IMG/VR virus record: IMGVR_UViG_2859243816_000004
Location: 1 to 64,000 of that record
Source: an uncultured virus (IMG/VR IMGVR_UViG_2859243816_000004)
Lineage: Duplodnaviria > Heunggongvirae > Uroviricota > Caudoviricetes
Direction: 5' to 3' (one strand)
Length of the DNA stretch: 64,000 bases
Shown here in pieces: positions 20,758-30,157 of the stretch. The translations under genes and the position numbers were made by a program. The notes under the pieces are model-generated. The model ran no database searches. It saw nothing but the letters and a program-made list of their open reading frames with translations, and had not been told where the DNA came from. The stretch's first letter is position 1; each line of letters starts with the position of its first letter.

Positions 20758-22871
20758 AGCCAGCCTCCGTTGTCACTGACACCCAGCCAGCCACCAGAAA
20801 GCGGGCTGGGCTGTTCAGTTACAGAAACAGGAGACGAACGTACAGGTACCGCTTTTTTCACAGCAATCTCCCTGGGGCGCTCCCCGTCAATGATGTTTGA
20901 ATTACTCTCCTGAGCGGCAGCCCATGCCGGGGGCTGTTCCCAGTCCCGGATTTTTTCATAACCACGCAGGACAGCGACGGCGTGGGCATAACAGAAAAGG
21001 TCAAAGGCTTCGTTATTGCCTTTTCCGGGCTTGCGCCATTTTCCGTCCGTGCCGCGTTCTTCGTAGGTCAGTTCCTCGTAGAACCACTCCCCCAGCCAGT
21101 CAGGAAAATGGATATACCCGGCACCTGGGGTTTCACGTTCAAGGTTGTTACTGAGCTGATCTTTTAACAGGTCCGTCTGCAACAGATATACCGGAACCTC
21201 ACCACGCGCATCCGCCCGGCGGTCGCTTCGGCCTGTGTTGTCAGGGTGGGTTTTGGTAATGATTTTCTGGCGTCGGGTGCTGTCACCTTTTATCAGGTAA
21301 ACCCGTTTACCCAGTCCGTCACGACGACACTGGCGCCAGAATTTATAGGCGTTATCCGTTACCCCATCTTCCCCGCCGCTGTCGACAGCCATTGCAAGAA
21401 TGGGCATCCGTCGCGAAGGGTCTGACTGCAACGCATAAGTTTTTTCGAGAACATCTGTGATAAGCAGTTGCCAGTCTTCCGGATAGGATCCGGGATGCAC
21501 CTGCTGCGCCTCACCATTTTCATCACAACGCAGGGACTGGCGGATGTTATAGCGGTCCACCAGCCAGCGTTCGCCGTTTTCACCGTACCCGATTATCTGA
21601 ACGACAAAACGGCGCTTCTTCCCGCCCTGCACATCCACCGACGCCAGAAGAAAACGGACTTTCGGCGGCACAAGTCGTTTGCCATAGTCTTCTGCCCGCA
21701 GCATCAGCACGTCAGCACGTCGCTGCTCACTGGCTGAACGGGGAAGATAAGGCAGCCCCCAGTCAGTATTAATTACCGTTTTGAGCGTTTCTTCGCTGCC
21801 GGTGTCTTCATAGTCCTGTTCCGCCGTCAGTAATTTGTAAACCAGTTGCGCCCATGTCTGGTATGCCGCCGCAGGTCCCTCCATCCAGAACGAGGCAATG
21901 CGCGAGCGTCGGGCTTCTCCGGTTATGTTGCCCTCACGGTCGATAGTCTGTCCCTCACGCAACCAGACACCCTTTCCGTTCAGTTCCCGCTTTCTGTCGG
22001 CGGTAATCATGCCGCTACAATGCGGGCAATCAATATGCGCCGCTTCACTGGCTTTTACCGGGTCAGACGTTTCCCGGTAACCTGTCATCGCCTCCATGGC
22101 CGGTTGAAAGTATTCCCCGCAATGTGGACATGGCCAGTACCAGCGACGACGATCGCCGCGGTTATATAAAGACAGGATCCCGGTCGTGGGAGGAGCTTCG
22201 TGAGGTGACTTTCTCCGCCACTTCGTATTGGTGATTTCCCTGCCCGGTGAACTCTCGACCAGCGTCATCCCCGCCGACATAAAGGTGGTGGTACGTTTTG
22301 AAGCAAGCGAAAATCCGTCCCCTTCCCCGTCGATATCTTCCGGGAAGCGATCGTAATCCGTCAGCGCCACACACTTAAAATCTGAGGACGACATGATGTT
22401 GATAGACGGCCAGCCTATCTTCAGGTAGTTCCCGGCAAGGAAAGTCCGGTCATGCACGTTGTTGTCATTGCGTGAAGGACTCAGCCGGCACGCCACCTCC
22501 GGGCTGACACGAAATGTTCGGGCCAGACGTTTTTTTGAGTGTTCGCGCGCTTTCTCTTCCGTCATCTGAATGATGAGCATGTCAGACGGATCGCAGACAA
22601 CGTTGTACACCACCCAGCCATCAATCAGACCAATGGTTTTACCCGTTCGGGCAGGGCCAACAAAAATGACAGCATCATATTCGCGTGATGCCAGGCAATT
22701 CATCGGCTCCACAACATAAGGGGCAAGATTAGGATCCCACTCAACGGAGTTACCCACGCCGACCGGAACACGCATATATTTATGTACGGCTTCCGCTACA
22801 GGCATTCGGCGCGGTGCTCTGATGATCCCGGCAGTGTTTTTTCTTAGCTCCGCCGCCGTGGCCTGTCGCAT
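20754..22871 (-). CDS. terminase large subunit, GpA family
   Basis: GPARTGKT Walker A, CPHC Zn motifs, VDVQ and AVDSGG. Confidence 0.92.
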   Translation of the reverse strand: MRQATAAELRKNTAGIIRAPRRMPVAEAVHKYMRVPVGVGNSVEWDPNLAPYVVEPMNCLASREYDAVIFVGPARTGKTIGLIDGWVVYNVVCDPSDMLIIQMTEEKAREHSKKRLARTFRVSPEVACRLSPSRNDNNVHDRTFLAGNYLKIGWPSINIMSSSDFKCVALTDYDRFPEDIDGEGDGFSLASKRTTTFMSAGMTLVESSPGREITNTKWRRKSPHEAPPTTGILSLYNRGDRRRWYWPCPHCGEYFQPAMEAMTGYRETSDPVKASEAAHIDCPHCSGMITADRKRELNGKGVWLREGQTIDREGNITGEARRSRIASFWMEGPAAAYQTWAQLVYKLLTAEQDYEDTGSEETLKTVINTDWGLPYLPRSASEQRRADVLMLRAEDYGKRLVPPKVRFLLASVDVQGGKKRRFVVQIIGYGENGERWLVDRYNIRQSLRCDENGEAQQVHPGSYPEDWQLLITDVLEKTYALQSDPSRRMPILAMAVDSGGEDGVTDNAYKFWRQCRRDGLGKRVYLIKGDSTRRQKIITKTHPDNTGRSDRRADARGEVPVYLLQTDLLKDQLSNNLERETPGAGYIHFPDWLGEWFYEELTYEERGTDGKWRKPGKGNNEAFDLFCYAHAVAVLRGYEKIRDWEQPPAWAAAQESNSNIIDGERPREIAVKKAVPVRSSPVSVTEQPSPLSGGWLGVSDNGGWL

Positions 22872-22874
22872 GGC

Positions 22875-23381
22875 TTACTCCTCTTCTGGCGAACTGTCCT
22901 CCTGTTCCGGCGTATCTGCCTGCTCAACCTTCAGGGCTATCTGATCCCGCAGGTCATCGATGACTTTTTGAACCCGAACGACAGCTGCAGGCGTCATCGC
23001 GCAATCACGTTCAAGAATATCCGGCAGCGTTTCCAGCACCTGAACGACGGCTTTTGCCATTGATGAAAATTCTCGGGTCACTGTCGATGCCGGGATTAAC
23101 TCACCTGTTTCCTGCTGGAATTTAAGCCTCTCGCGTTCAGACTGAAACCACGCCTTACGATCCGGCGGTAACATCTTATCGATATCCACCAGCTCGGGTG
23201 CCGTGGTCCGGCCCAGCAGTTCCCGGAGAATATCCACGACAGAATAAAGCTTGAGACGAGAATTACTGCCCGGAGCAGGCTCAACGTTATTCAGCCTGCT
23301 GGAGATCGTCTGACGATGAAGGTCGGTCACCGCTGCAAGTTGATTGATGTTGAGGCGAAGGTTTTTCAGTTCGTTATCCAT
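22875..23381 (-). CDS. terminase small subunit (DUF1441/Nu1-like)
   Basis: N-terminal HTH LNINQLA..HRQTI; ETLPDILERD. Confidence 0.85.
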   Translation of the reverse strand: MDNELKNLRLNINQLAAVTDLHRQTISSRLNNVEPAPGSNSRLKLYSVVDILRELLGRTTAPELVDIDKMLPPDRKAWFQSERERLKFQQETGELIPASTVTREFSSMAKAVVQVLETLPDILERDCAMTPAAVVRVQKVIDDLRDQIALKVEQADTPEQEDSSPEEE

Positions 23382-23494
23382 GATGATGAACAATATTTAA
23401 CCATTTCGACATCGTGAATAATTTCACGACTGAAATATCAACAAGTTAAGGGAATGATGATGATGCCGATAAAATGCAAAAAACCAGCCGTTTT

Positions 23495-23540
23495 CCGCGT
23501 GTCCTCGCCCCCTCGGTGTTCAGAATCGCCAGGAGGACCC
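23495..23540 (-). other. lambda-type cos site (cosQ plus cosN)
   Basis: minus strand GGGTCCT-N22-GGGGCGAGGACA-CGCGG, versus lambda GGGTCCT...GGGCGGCGACCT-CGCGG; just upstream of terS. Confidence 0.75.
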
Positions 23541-23602
23541 GCGCAAATGATAGTGATTATCAATTAATAGGTATGAAAAAGGCCGCTAAATGCGGCCTCT
23601 TA

Positions 23603-23947
23603 TCATTGATTATGTAAATATTTCTTCTCGAGTTTTTCTTTTTTATCTCGATAGCTGGCTGCCTCAGAAACAACCTGATCGGCAGTCTTCCCATCTAATA
23701 CAACCAGCCGCATATTATTCGACGAATAGCTTTTGTCGTTGGTTAGCTCTGCCTGGGTGTCGTAGTAATTCAGCGTATCGATAATAGCTGTCTTTAGTTC
23801 AGCTTTCTTCTCTTCAGACAAAGGTTCGAATACCTTCTCTGCTGAGTATCGAAGTGACTCCTGGCTTGAACCATCAAACTTTGGCGCGTTATCACAACCG
23901 GCAACGAGCAATGATAATGTTAACGCAATTACATATCTGATTTTCAT
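23603..23947 (-). CDS. lipoprotein moron (DUF6694-like)
   Basis: signal peptide with VAGC lipobox, own GAGG RBS, terminator at about 23576-23600. Confidence 0.7.
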   Translation of the reverse strand: MKIRYVIALTLSLLVAGCDNAPKFDGSSQESLRYSAEKVFEPLSEEKKAELKTAIIDTLNYYDTQAELTNDKSYSSNNMRLVVLDGKTADQVVSEAASYRDKKEKLEKKYLHNQ

Positions 23948-24030
23948 TTGGTGACCTCATCCCTAACGGTAAGAGAAGTCTAACGAATAATCACGATGTA
24001 TCACATAGCATTGTCCCTTACTCTCGGAGA

Positions 24031-24558
24031 TTACCTGCTATTGTTTGACTCTCTCACTGAGTCGTAAACACGCTCACATGTCATTCCAGCCCGGTAGCTT
24101 TCGTCAGATCGCTCAGCATAATATCGAGCTTCTTCTGCAAGGCGTCCGAGCATGTCGGCGAGCACTGCGGCGTCGGCTCCGGCTGTTTTGCTTCTGACGG
24201 CAGCGGCAAGATCTGAGGTGTGCTTTGCGGCGTCCAGGTGGGCGGCAAGCTTTGTTGCTTCGGTGCGCAACTGGCTAACAGTGGCAGACAGGCCAGCAGC
24301 AGTGGCAGCAGATTTAGCGGCTTGTGCTTGTGCATCTTTTACAGCCTCATCACGGGCAATTATGCGCCCTTGTTCAATCCAGCGTGCGGCAGTTTGCGCG
24401 TTCGCTTCCTGTGAAGATTCCATGCTATTACGGTCAGCCCACTTCTTTTGCCAGCCCCGCTCGCTCCAGATATTCCCGGCAAGAAATGCACCAGCCAACA
24501 TCAGCAAAACAATGATTGTTTTCCACCGCGCCTTAACAAAAGCCAAAACCGCTGTCAT
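24031..24558 (-). CDS. Rz-like i-spanin (DUF2514)
   Basis: N-terminal TM plus coiled coil after the endolysin; AGMTCERVY end. Confidence 0.8.
   Translation of the reverse strand: MTAVLAFVKARWKTIIVLLMLAGAFLAGNIWSERGWQKKWADRNSMESSQEANAQTAARWIEQGRIIARDEAVKDAQAQAAKSAATAAGLSATVSQLRTEATKLAAHLDAAKHTSDLAAAVRSKTAGADAAVLADMLGRLAEEARYYAERSDESYRAGMTCERVYDSVRESNNSR
24081..24335 (-). CDS. Rz1-like o-spanin lipoprotein embedded in Rz
   Basis: out-of-frame nested ORF with signal peptide, LASC lipobox and Pro-rich body. Confidence 0.75.
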   Translation of the reverse strand: MHKHKPLNLLPLLLACLPLLASCAPKQQSLPPTWTPQSTPQILPLPSEAKQPEPTPQCSPTCSDALQKKLDIMLSDLTKATGLE

Positions 24559-25172
24559 ACCAGCAACGCCGCCCGCGCTTTGTTATAACGACTATTTCTG
24601 TCAGCCAGTCCATTCTGGCCACCGTTAATGATCTGCGTTACACGGACAACATCACCTGAATACATCATGCAACCACGTAATGTGAAATACCATGCAGCAG
24701 AACGGGCTGCATGCTTCTCCTGTGTCAGCAACTCTGGTGTGCTGATCAGATCAAGCTTCAGCGCAGCACCGCATTTGGCGTAGTTCTCGCGGCCGGTGAT
24801 TTGAAGCAGGCCACGACCACGATATTTCCAGCCATCACCCTGGCTGTTATTCCCCATGCGGTCACCATAAACCAGATTGGCTATTTGCGGCTGGTGGGCC
24901 ACCTGCTTACCATCTACTCGCCCCAGCATTTCACACTGATACGGTGTCAGGCGTTTACCAAAGGTTTTCTTTAGCCCGTCTACCGAGTAGTTGAAGCTCT
25001 CGACCAGCGAGGTAAAACCAGCAGATTCATGCCCGACTTGCGCAATGAACATGGCCTGATCGTTAACTGCTGTGATTCCAAACTCTTTCATTGCCGCATC
25101 AATGTGCGGAAACCAGCGTGCAGAAAGCCCGGCGCTGATACCAGCCGCCTGCTGAAATTGTGATTGGTTCAT
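24555..25172 (-). CDS. endolysin, glycoside hydrolase family 19
   Basis: [22 protein letters not shown] and INGG motifs. Confidence 0.9.
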   Translation of the reverse strand: MNQSQFQQAAGISAGLSARWFPHIDAAMKEFGITAVNDQAMFIAQVGHESAGFTSLVESFNYSVDGLKKTFGKRLTPYQCEMLGRVDGKQVAHQPQIANLVYGDRMGNNSQGDGWKYRGRGLLQITGRENYAKCGAALKLDLISTPELLTQEKHAARSAAWYFTLRGCMMYSGDVVRVTQIINGGQNGLADRNSRYNKARAALLV

Positions 25173-25453
25173 TATTGCCTCAGATGATCAACCAGGCGTG
25201 CCACGTTGCCTCTGACGGCGACCAGCACAGACAGGAAAATAATGTTGGCCCCGATAGTGGCCCACGATGAATAAGGGTAGATACCGCACAGATATGCCAG
25301 CGGAACCGCGCTATAGATGACCGTAAGCAGCCACGCCAGGCGAGATATCCATGGTCGATGTCGCGAATCGCCTCGACGATAAAACATCAGGGTCAGCACT
25401 ACCCCAGCGCAAAGCAATGCATTTAAAGTTGCCGATGGGTCATTTTGTACCAC
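25172..25453 (-). CDS. holin-family membrane protein
   Basis: 3 TM segments, RGNVAR end, lysis cassette position. Confidence 0.75.
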   Translation of the reverse strand: MVQNDPSATLNALLCAGVVLTLMFYRRGDSRHRPWISRLAWLLTVIYSAVPLAYLCGIYPYSSWATIGANIIFLSVLVAVRGNVARLVDHLRQ

Positions 25454-25826
25454 CTGAACCTCCCCGGCGCGTTATCAGCGCCACCAGCGAGCCGACATCC
25501 TGATTATTCAGGAACGTCAGGATTTTGACGGCTAAAGCAGAAACGATTACGGCGCCAATGGCATCCAGTGGTTTATCACTGTAGCCAGTAACCTGAGCCA
25601 GCTTTGAACCCACCAGCCCGGAACAAAGGATCCCCGCGATATACGACACCAGAAAATATGCCAGACGGCGCGCTGCACTCAGGTCAGCAGTGGTTGCAAT
25701 GTAAAACACCGCTCCGGCAAACGCGCCAAACACCACGCCGTAATCTGTTCCGGACAGAAATCCATAGACGCTGGCGCCCGTCAGGACACCGCCAGCCAGC
25801 CCAGTACCGGAAATCGGATCGGACAT
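25440..25826 (-). CDS. putative holin/antiholin
   Basis: DYGVVFGAFAGA; multi-TM; first lysis gene. Confidence 0.75.
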   Translation of the reverse strand: MSDPISGTGLAGGVLTGASVYGFLSGTDYGVVFGAFAGAVFYIATTADLSAARRLAYFLVSYIAGILCSGLVGSKLAQVTGYSDKPLDAIGAVIVSALAVKILTFLNNQDVGSLVALITRRGGSGGTK

Positions 25827-25972
25827 TTAGCCCCCTCTTAATTGCTGTGATTCCTCTCAGAAATGAGGGGATGTGGAATCAGGCAACCGGGCTCTTTTGT
25901 TCAAATAAAAGTAAGGATGATTCCCGGTGCCTGAAAATGGTGATCACCACATCCACAGGGGCGTGATGATCA

Positions 25973-27025
25973 TTATTTTTTGCTCAGTTTTTCCACCTCT
26001 TCGGTGGTCTGAATAAATCTGTCAGCTTCCAGTTCTACCCCGATCGCCCGACGACCAAGTTCTATTGCAGCTTTCACAGTTGAACCAGAGCCCATAAAAA
26101 AATCAGCAACGATATCCCCTGGTCTGCTGCTGGCGCGAATGATCTGCTTCAGCATGTCGGCAGGTTTTTCGCATGGATGTTTGCCCGGATAAAACTGAAC
26201 AGGCTTATGCGTCCATACGTCGGTATACGGAACAAGAGCGGAAACAGAGAAGCAGCGCCGGAGGGTTTTGTATTCCTCCAGCAATTCTGAATACTTGCGG
26301 TTTAATGACTGATAGGTAGCTACCAGCTGGTGGTGAGGATGTTCAAGCTTCTGCTGAATGTGCTTATCGATAGCGATCCGCGTGAACAGTTCCTGCAATT
26401 TTCTATAGTCCACTTCATTTGGCAGTTGCCATTGGCTTGCACCAAACCAGTGTGACGCCATGTTTTTCTTTCCGGTTGCCTCAGCTATTTCTTTCGAGCT
26501 GACACCCAGTGATTCACGGGCATTACGGAAGTAATCAATCAGCGGCGTCATAATGTGCTGCTTTAGCTCTGTGCTTTTCCTTTCGTAAACATCCTCTTTA
26601 CCTGTGTACGGCCCAAGATAGTGCTCAGCAAACAAAATCCGTTCCGTAGATGGAAAGTACGCACGCAGGCTTTCTTTATTACATCCATTCCAACGGCCCG
26701 ATGGTTTTGCCCAAATGATGTGATTCAAAACGTTGAACCGGGCACGCATCATAATCTCTATATCTGAGGCCAGTCGGTGACCGCAAAACAGGTAAATGCT
26801 GCCAGCAGGTTTAAGAACGCGAGCATACTCAGCCAGACAGCTATCAAGCCAGCGTAAGTAGTCCTCGTCCCCCTTCCATTGGTTGTCCCAGCCGTTGGGC
26901 TTCACTTTGAAGTACGGCGGATCCGTAACTATCAGATCAATAGAGTTATCCGGGAGGGTGGCGACGTAAAGCAGGCTATCAGCGTTGATTAACTCAACAC
27001 TGTTTATTTTTACAGTATTTTTCAT
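25973..27025 (-). CDS. DNA methyltransferase, N4/N6 beta class
   Basis: DPPY, HPCEKP and DFFMGSGST motifs; internal HTH-like insert. Confidence 0.9.
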   Translation of the reverse strand: MKNTVKINSVELINADSLLYVATLPDNSIDLIVTDPPYFKVKPNGWDNQWKGDEDYLRWLDSCLAEYARVLKPAGSIYLFCGHRLASDIEIMMRARFNVLNHIIWAKPSGRWNGCNKESLRAYFPSTERILFAEHYLGPYTGKEDVYERKSTELKQHIMTPLIDYFRNARESLGVSSKEIAEATGKKNMASHWFGASQWQLPNEVDYRKLQELFTRIAIDKHIQQKLEHPHHQLVATYQSLNRKYSELLEEYKTLRRCFSVSALVPYTDVWTHKPVQFYPGKHPCEKPADMLKQIIRASSRPGDIVADFFMGSGSTVKAAIELGRRAIGVELEADRFIQTTEEVEKLSKK

Positions 27026-27227
27026 AGATCAGTAAGCGTAACTCTGATAGGCTCACATTGCTTTTGCGCTAAAGCAGTGGGCCTTGATTAGCTTGTGACC
27101 TGAATGCATGAGCTGATGGCTGGCCGGGTGCGCTAACACCCACCAGCCGCCCATTTCAAAGCAAGAAAGCTTCCATACACGAAAGCATATACACGTTGTA
27201 ATCACTAAATTGAATTTACAACAGGCG

Positions 27228-27258
27228 AAAAAAAACCCGCTATTTAGCGGGTTTTTTT
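27228..27258. terminator. bidirectional intrinsic terminator
   Basis: A8-CCCGCTA-tt-TAGCGGG-T7. Confidence 0.85.
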
Positions 27259-27279
27259 ATTCTGTTTAATCAGCTGCAA

Positions 27280-27441
27280 TCATGCAGCTTCTCTAACACG
27301 GCGACGGCCTTGACGTTCTTGAGAAGGTGCTTGTGCATTATCTTCTAGTGCTGGGCCAACCTTCATCAGGAAGTCCAGTGCTTCGCCAGCTTTTTTGTAC
27401 GTTTGGATAGTGTCAAACATGCGTTCTTTTTTCATTTCCAT
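27280..27441 (-). CDS. 53-aa hypothetical protein (below ORF-track cut-off)
   Basis: GAGGTG RBS; MEMKKERMFDTIQTYKKAGEALDFLMKVGPALEDNAQAPSQERQGRRRVREAA*; followed by a terminator. Confidence 0.7.
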   Translation of the reverse strand: MEMKKERMFDTIQTYKKAGEALDFLMKVGPALEDNAQAPSQERQGRRRVREAA

Positions 27442-27689
27442 ACATCACCTCTTTGGAAACATTGTTCCAGAGTGAACATGCACTTCGTGTAACAACATGC
27501 GTGCTTAGATTCACATGTCAATGTTACTACTACATGCAAGAAGCATCTCGATACTTGTGCCGCTTATTACGATAGTTCTAAGCGATTGATATGGATGGTA
27601 GCTGCCATCCACTTCTTCAGTATCTAGTGCTTAAACTTGAGTACACTATAACACAGTTACAATGTACCCGCTAACTTATGGGATGATGA

Positions 27690-28235
27690 TTAAGCAGCCC
27701 TTTGCGCCATGTACTCCATCAGCCTTTCAAGGCTACATGTCATAACATAGGAGCAACTAGCTGACATTTCAAACCCGAAGGTTCGATAGTATTCAATCTT
27801 TTCTTCCACCGGTTCGATGATCCGAACCTCAGCACCATCAACTTGTTTCATGAAGATAACGGCGGCGTACAATGTATACAAAATCATCTTACGACGCAAC
27901 GGGTGTTCTTCACTATCTTTGACAAAGTTCTCTACTGCGTGAATATCAAATCTACTTTGACTGTGATGGTAGGTGCACAATGCCACACCTGCAGGATAGT
28001 CATCAACAAGTTTATGCTCTCGAGAAGTTATTAACTTGATACATAAACTAAAGCAATCCGGGTCGTTACCAACTTGCGTAACGTAATATTCCCAGTTCAA
28101 CTCGCCGTAAGCTCTAATCAACGAACTGGTGTCACTGAATGAGAGCGGACCAACGGCAAGGTCAATTTCACGATGATCCATATATGCCTGGAGGGTGTTA
28201 TAAGTTTGCTGCGCAATTTCTTCCAGAGAAAGCAT
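27690..28235 (-). CDS. hypothetical protein, possible GNAT-like fold
   Basis: 181 aa from MLSLEEIA; beta-strand pattern and C-terminal EPVEEKIEYYRTFGF resemble GNAT motif B; start uncertain. Confidence 0.55.
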   Translation of the reverse strand: MLSLEEIAQQTYNTLQAYMDHREIDLAVGPLSFSDTSSLIRAYGELNWEYYVTQVGNDPDCFSLCIKLITSREHKLVDDYPAGVALCTYHHSQSRFDIHAVENFVKDSEEHPLRRKMILYTLYAAVIFMKQVDGAEVRIIEPVEEKIEYYRTFGFEMSASCSYVMTCSLERLMEYMAQRAA

Positions 28236-28333
28236 AATTAGGCCAAAACAGGAGTTAGAGGATGGTGAAAGAATATCATCAACTATCCTCAAAAACACTT
28301 AACGGACTGGATAATTTTCAGAGCATTCCCGAT

Positions 28334-28359
28334 AAAAAACCCGCTCATCGGCGGGTTTA
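28334..28359 (-). terminator. tR'-like terminator
   Basis: minus strand AAACCCGC-cgatga-GCGGGTTTTTT just downstream of pR'. Confidence 0.8.
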
Positions 28360-28391
28360 TAAAACTTTGGCAACATATCAAATATGCTTCA

Positions 28392-28420
28392 AATATGGCT
28401 CATTTTGTTGCATTTTGCAA
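28392..28420 (-). promoter_or_regulatory. late promoter pR'
   Basis: TTGCAA-N17-CATATT directly downstream of Q; a second CATATT just downstream resembles a sigma pause element. Confidence 0.7.
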
Positions 28421-28450
28421 GCGCGTTTGAAGGAGATAGTGAAATTTACT

Positions 28451-29140
28451 TCACATTTCTGCCACTTTGAGGGCCTCTTCTTCCTCATAGTATTCAAGAG
28501 CCATTGCCAACGCAGATTCATCAAGCTGCGTAAAAGCGGCCTTTAACCCAGCCCAGTGCCCTGAATAGACACGCAACCATGTTGAACGGTCAACGCTAAC
28601 CATGCGGGCCAACGCTGCACCAGCATAGTCTTTATAGGTTTCATTATTTCTGGTTGCGGCAATTTCCTGCCCTGCCAGCCATACCAGGCCTATCAGTTTC
28701 TTTACTACGCGCTCCTGAAGCGAGTTTTCACCCAGGCATTTCTGATAAGTTTTCCAGACGTATTCACACATCATCACCTGGTGCTTATAGCTAAGGTCAA
28801 AACCGTAGCAGTACCGCAACCAGGCCTGCTGGTATCCACTAAGTGCGGACACTGCCCTACGCCACGGCGCGGACTCAAACTCCGCATCTTTTATCGGCGG
28901 CATTGGCCTGCGCCGGCTGCGAGTTTCCAGCACATACAGTGGCGCGGAAAGCGAGTTAACAAAGCGTGGCCCCTTCTCTCCTTCAAGTTCGACGAGATGA
29001 ATTCCACGGCGCGGGGTGGCATTTTTGTCTGCTGGTGGGTGTTCACTGAAAGCCTCAAGCTGCCCTTTTGTTCCCCCAGAGAGGTCAGGTAGCGCGCGGC
29101 GCAATTCTATTCTTACAAAATTCAGGTCTTGTTGATTCAT
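28451..29140 (-). CDS. antitermination protein Q
   Basis: TKGQLEAF, SAPWRRAV and WLRYCYG motifs; position before the late promoter. Confidence 0.85.
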   Translation of the reverse strand: MNQQDLNFVRIELRRALPDLSGGTKGQLEAFSEHPPADKNATPRRGIHLVELEGEKGPRFVNSLSAPLYVLETRSRRRPMPPIKDAEFESAPWRRAVSALSGYQQAWLRYCYGFDLSYKHQVMMCEYVWKTYQKCLGENSLQERVVKKLIGLVWLAGQEIAATRNNETYKDYAGAALARMVSVDRSTWLRVYSGHWAGLKAAFTQLDESALAMALEYYEEEEALKVAEM

Positions 29141-29161
29141 GCTTCTTTGCGCTCCATACAC

Positions 29162-30157
29162 TTAAGCTTTCGCAATTACGCCGATCGCCAGCGCCCGATC
29201 CATAAAACGCAGTAGCAACTCAAGCTGCGTACCATGCTTCTGCTCGAATGCCGGTACATCGGCGTGTAGCTCATCGTGGCACTCTCTGCACAGAGGGATC
29301 ACGAAGAGGTCATGGGCTTTTGTTGCTGTACCACCCATACCGTGCCCTACGATATGGTGCGGATCATCTGCTGGCCGTCGGCAACACTCACAGGGTTGTG
29401 TTTTAACCCAGCGGGTGTACGTCTCATTTACCCAGCGGCGACGTTTGGGCCTGAGCATGAAAGACTCTGGCGATTCCGGATCAACAGAGAGCGTGAGGAT
29501 CTTCTTAGCCTTCTCCTGCACAAGGCTGGCTGCTGACACGGAAGGCACAATGTCGCTTTCCCTCATAACAGAGCGGATCTTCTCATCCGGAAGGCGTAGC
29601 CCCTTGTGCGCAACGCTTTCCGGTATAACATCAGCCAGGTCGTTCCTGACCAGCCACCAGCACAATTCCGGCAACGTCAGAACATGCGACTCGGGAAAAC
29701 CAGAATCGCGACGAATAACTTCCAGAATCCAGGATACCAGGTTTCCTGCCGCTATACCTGCAAGCTGTTCGGTATGCTGCCCGGACAAAGTGTGATCGCA
29801 ATGCCAGCACAGGCGAATGCTTCCTGGTGGGTGCCGCATTGTTGTGAAGTTCTTGTCGTGCCACGATGAATGTGGCCACTGGCATTCAAACCGTAAACTC
29901 AGCCACTGCTCAAGGGAAGGAAGCCCGCCGGCACGCTGAATAACCCGCTCATTCCCGAAGACCTGCCGCATTACCGGATCATCAGCCAGCGGCTGAATGG
30001 CGGCGGGAACAGCCCCTGTACTGAATGACGCCATTTCTTCTGGTTCAGGTTCGAGAAGAACGCGACCGCGCATGAAGAGGTGCATTAATTCCGCGCCGGG
30101 ACGAAACAACACAATCCCCATGCGATGGGCGACTTCAGGAGTTAACAAAGCCCTCAC
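29162..30157 (-). CDS. DUF968 protein (C-terminal HNH-like)
   Basis: MRALLTPE; CECC...DDPHH...PLCRECHDELH. Confidence 0.85.
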   Translation of the reverse strand: MRALLTPEVAHRMGIVLFRPGAELMHLFMRGRVLLEPEPEEMASFSTGAVPAAIQPLADDPVMRQVFGNERVIQRAGGLPSLEQWLSLRFECQWPHSSWHDKNFTTMRHPPGSIRLCWHCDHTLSGQHTEQLAGIAAGNLVSWILEVIRRDSGFPESHVLTLPELCWWLVRNDLADVIPESVAHKGLRLPDEKIRSVMRESDIVPSVSAASLVQEKAKKILTLSVDPESPESFMLRPKRRRWVNETYTRWVKTQPCECCRRPADDPHHIVGHGMGGTATKAHDLFVIPLCRECHDELHADVPAFEQKHGTQLELLLRFMDRALAIGVIAKA

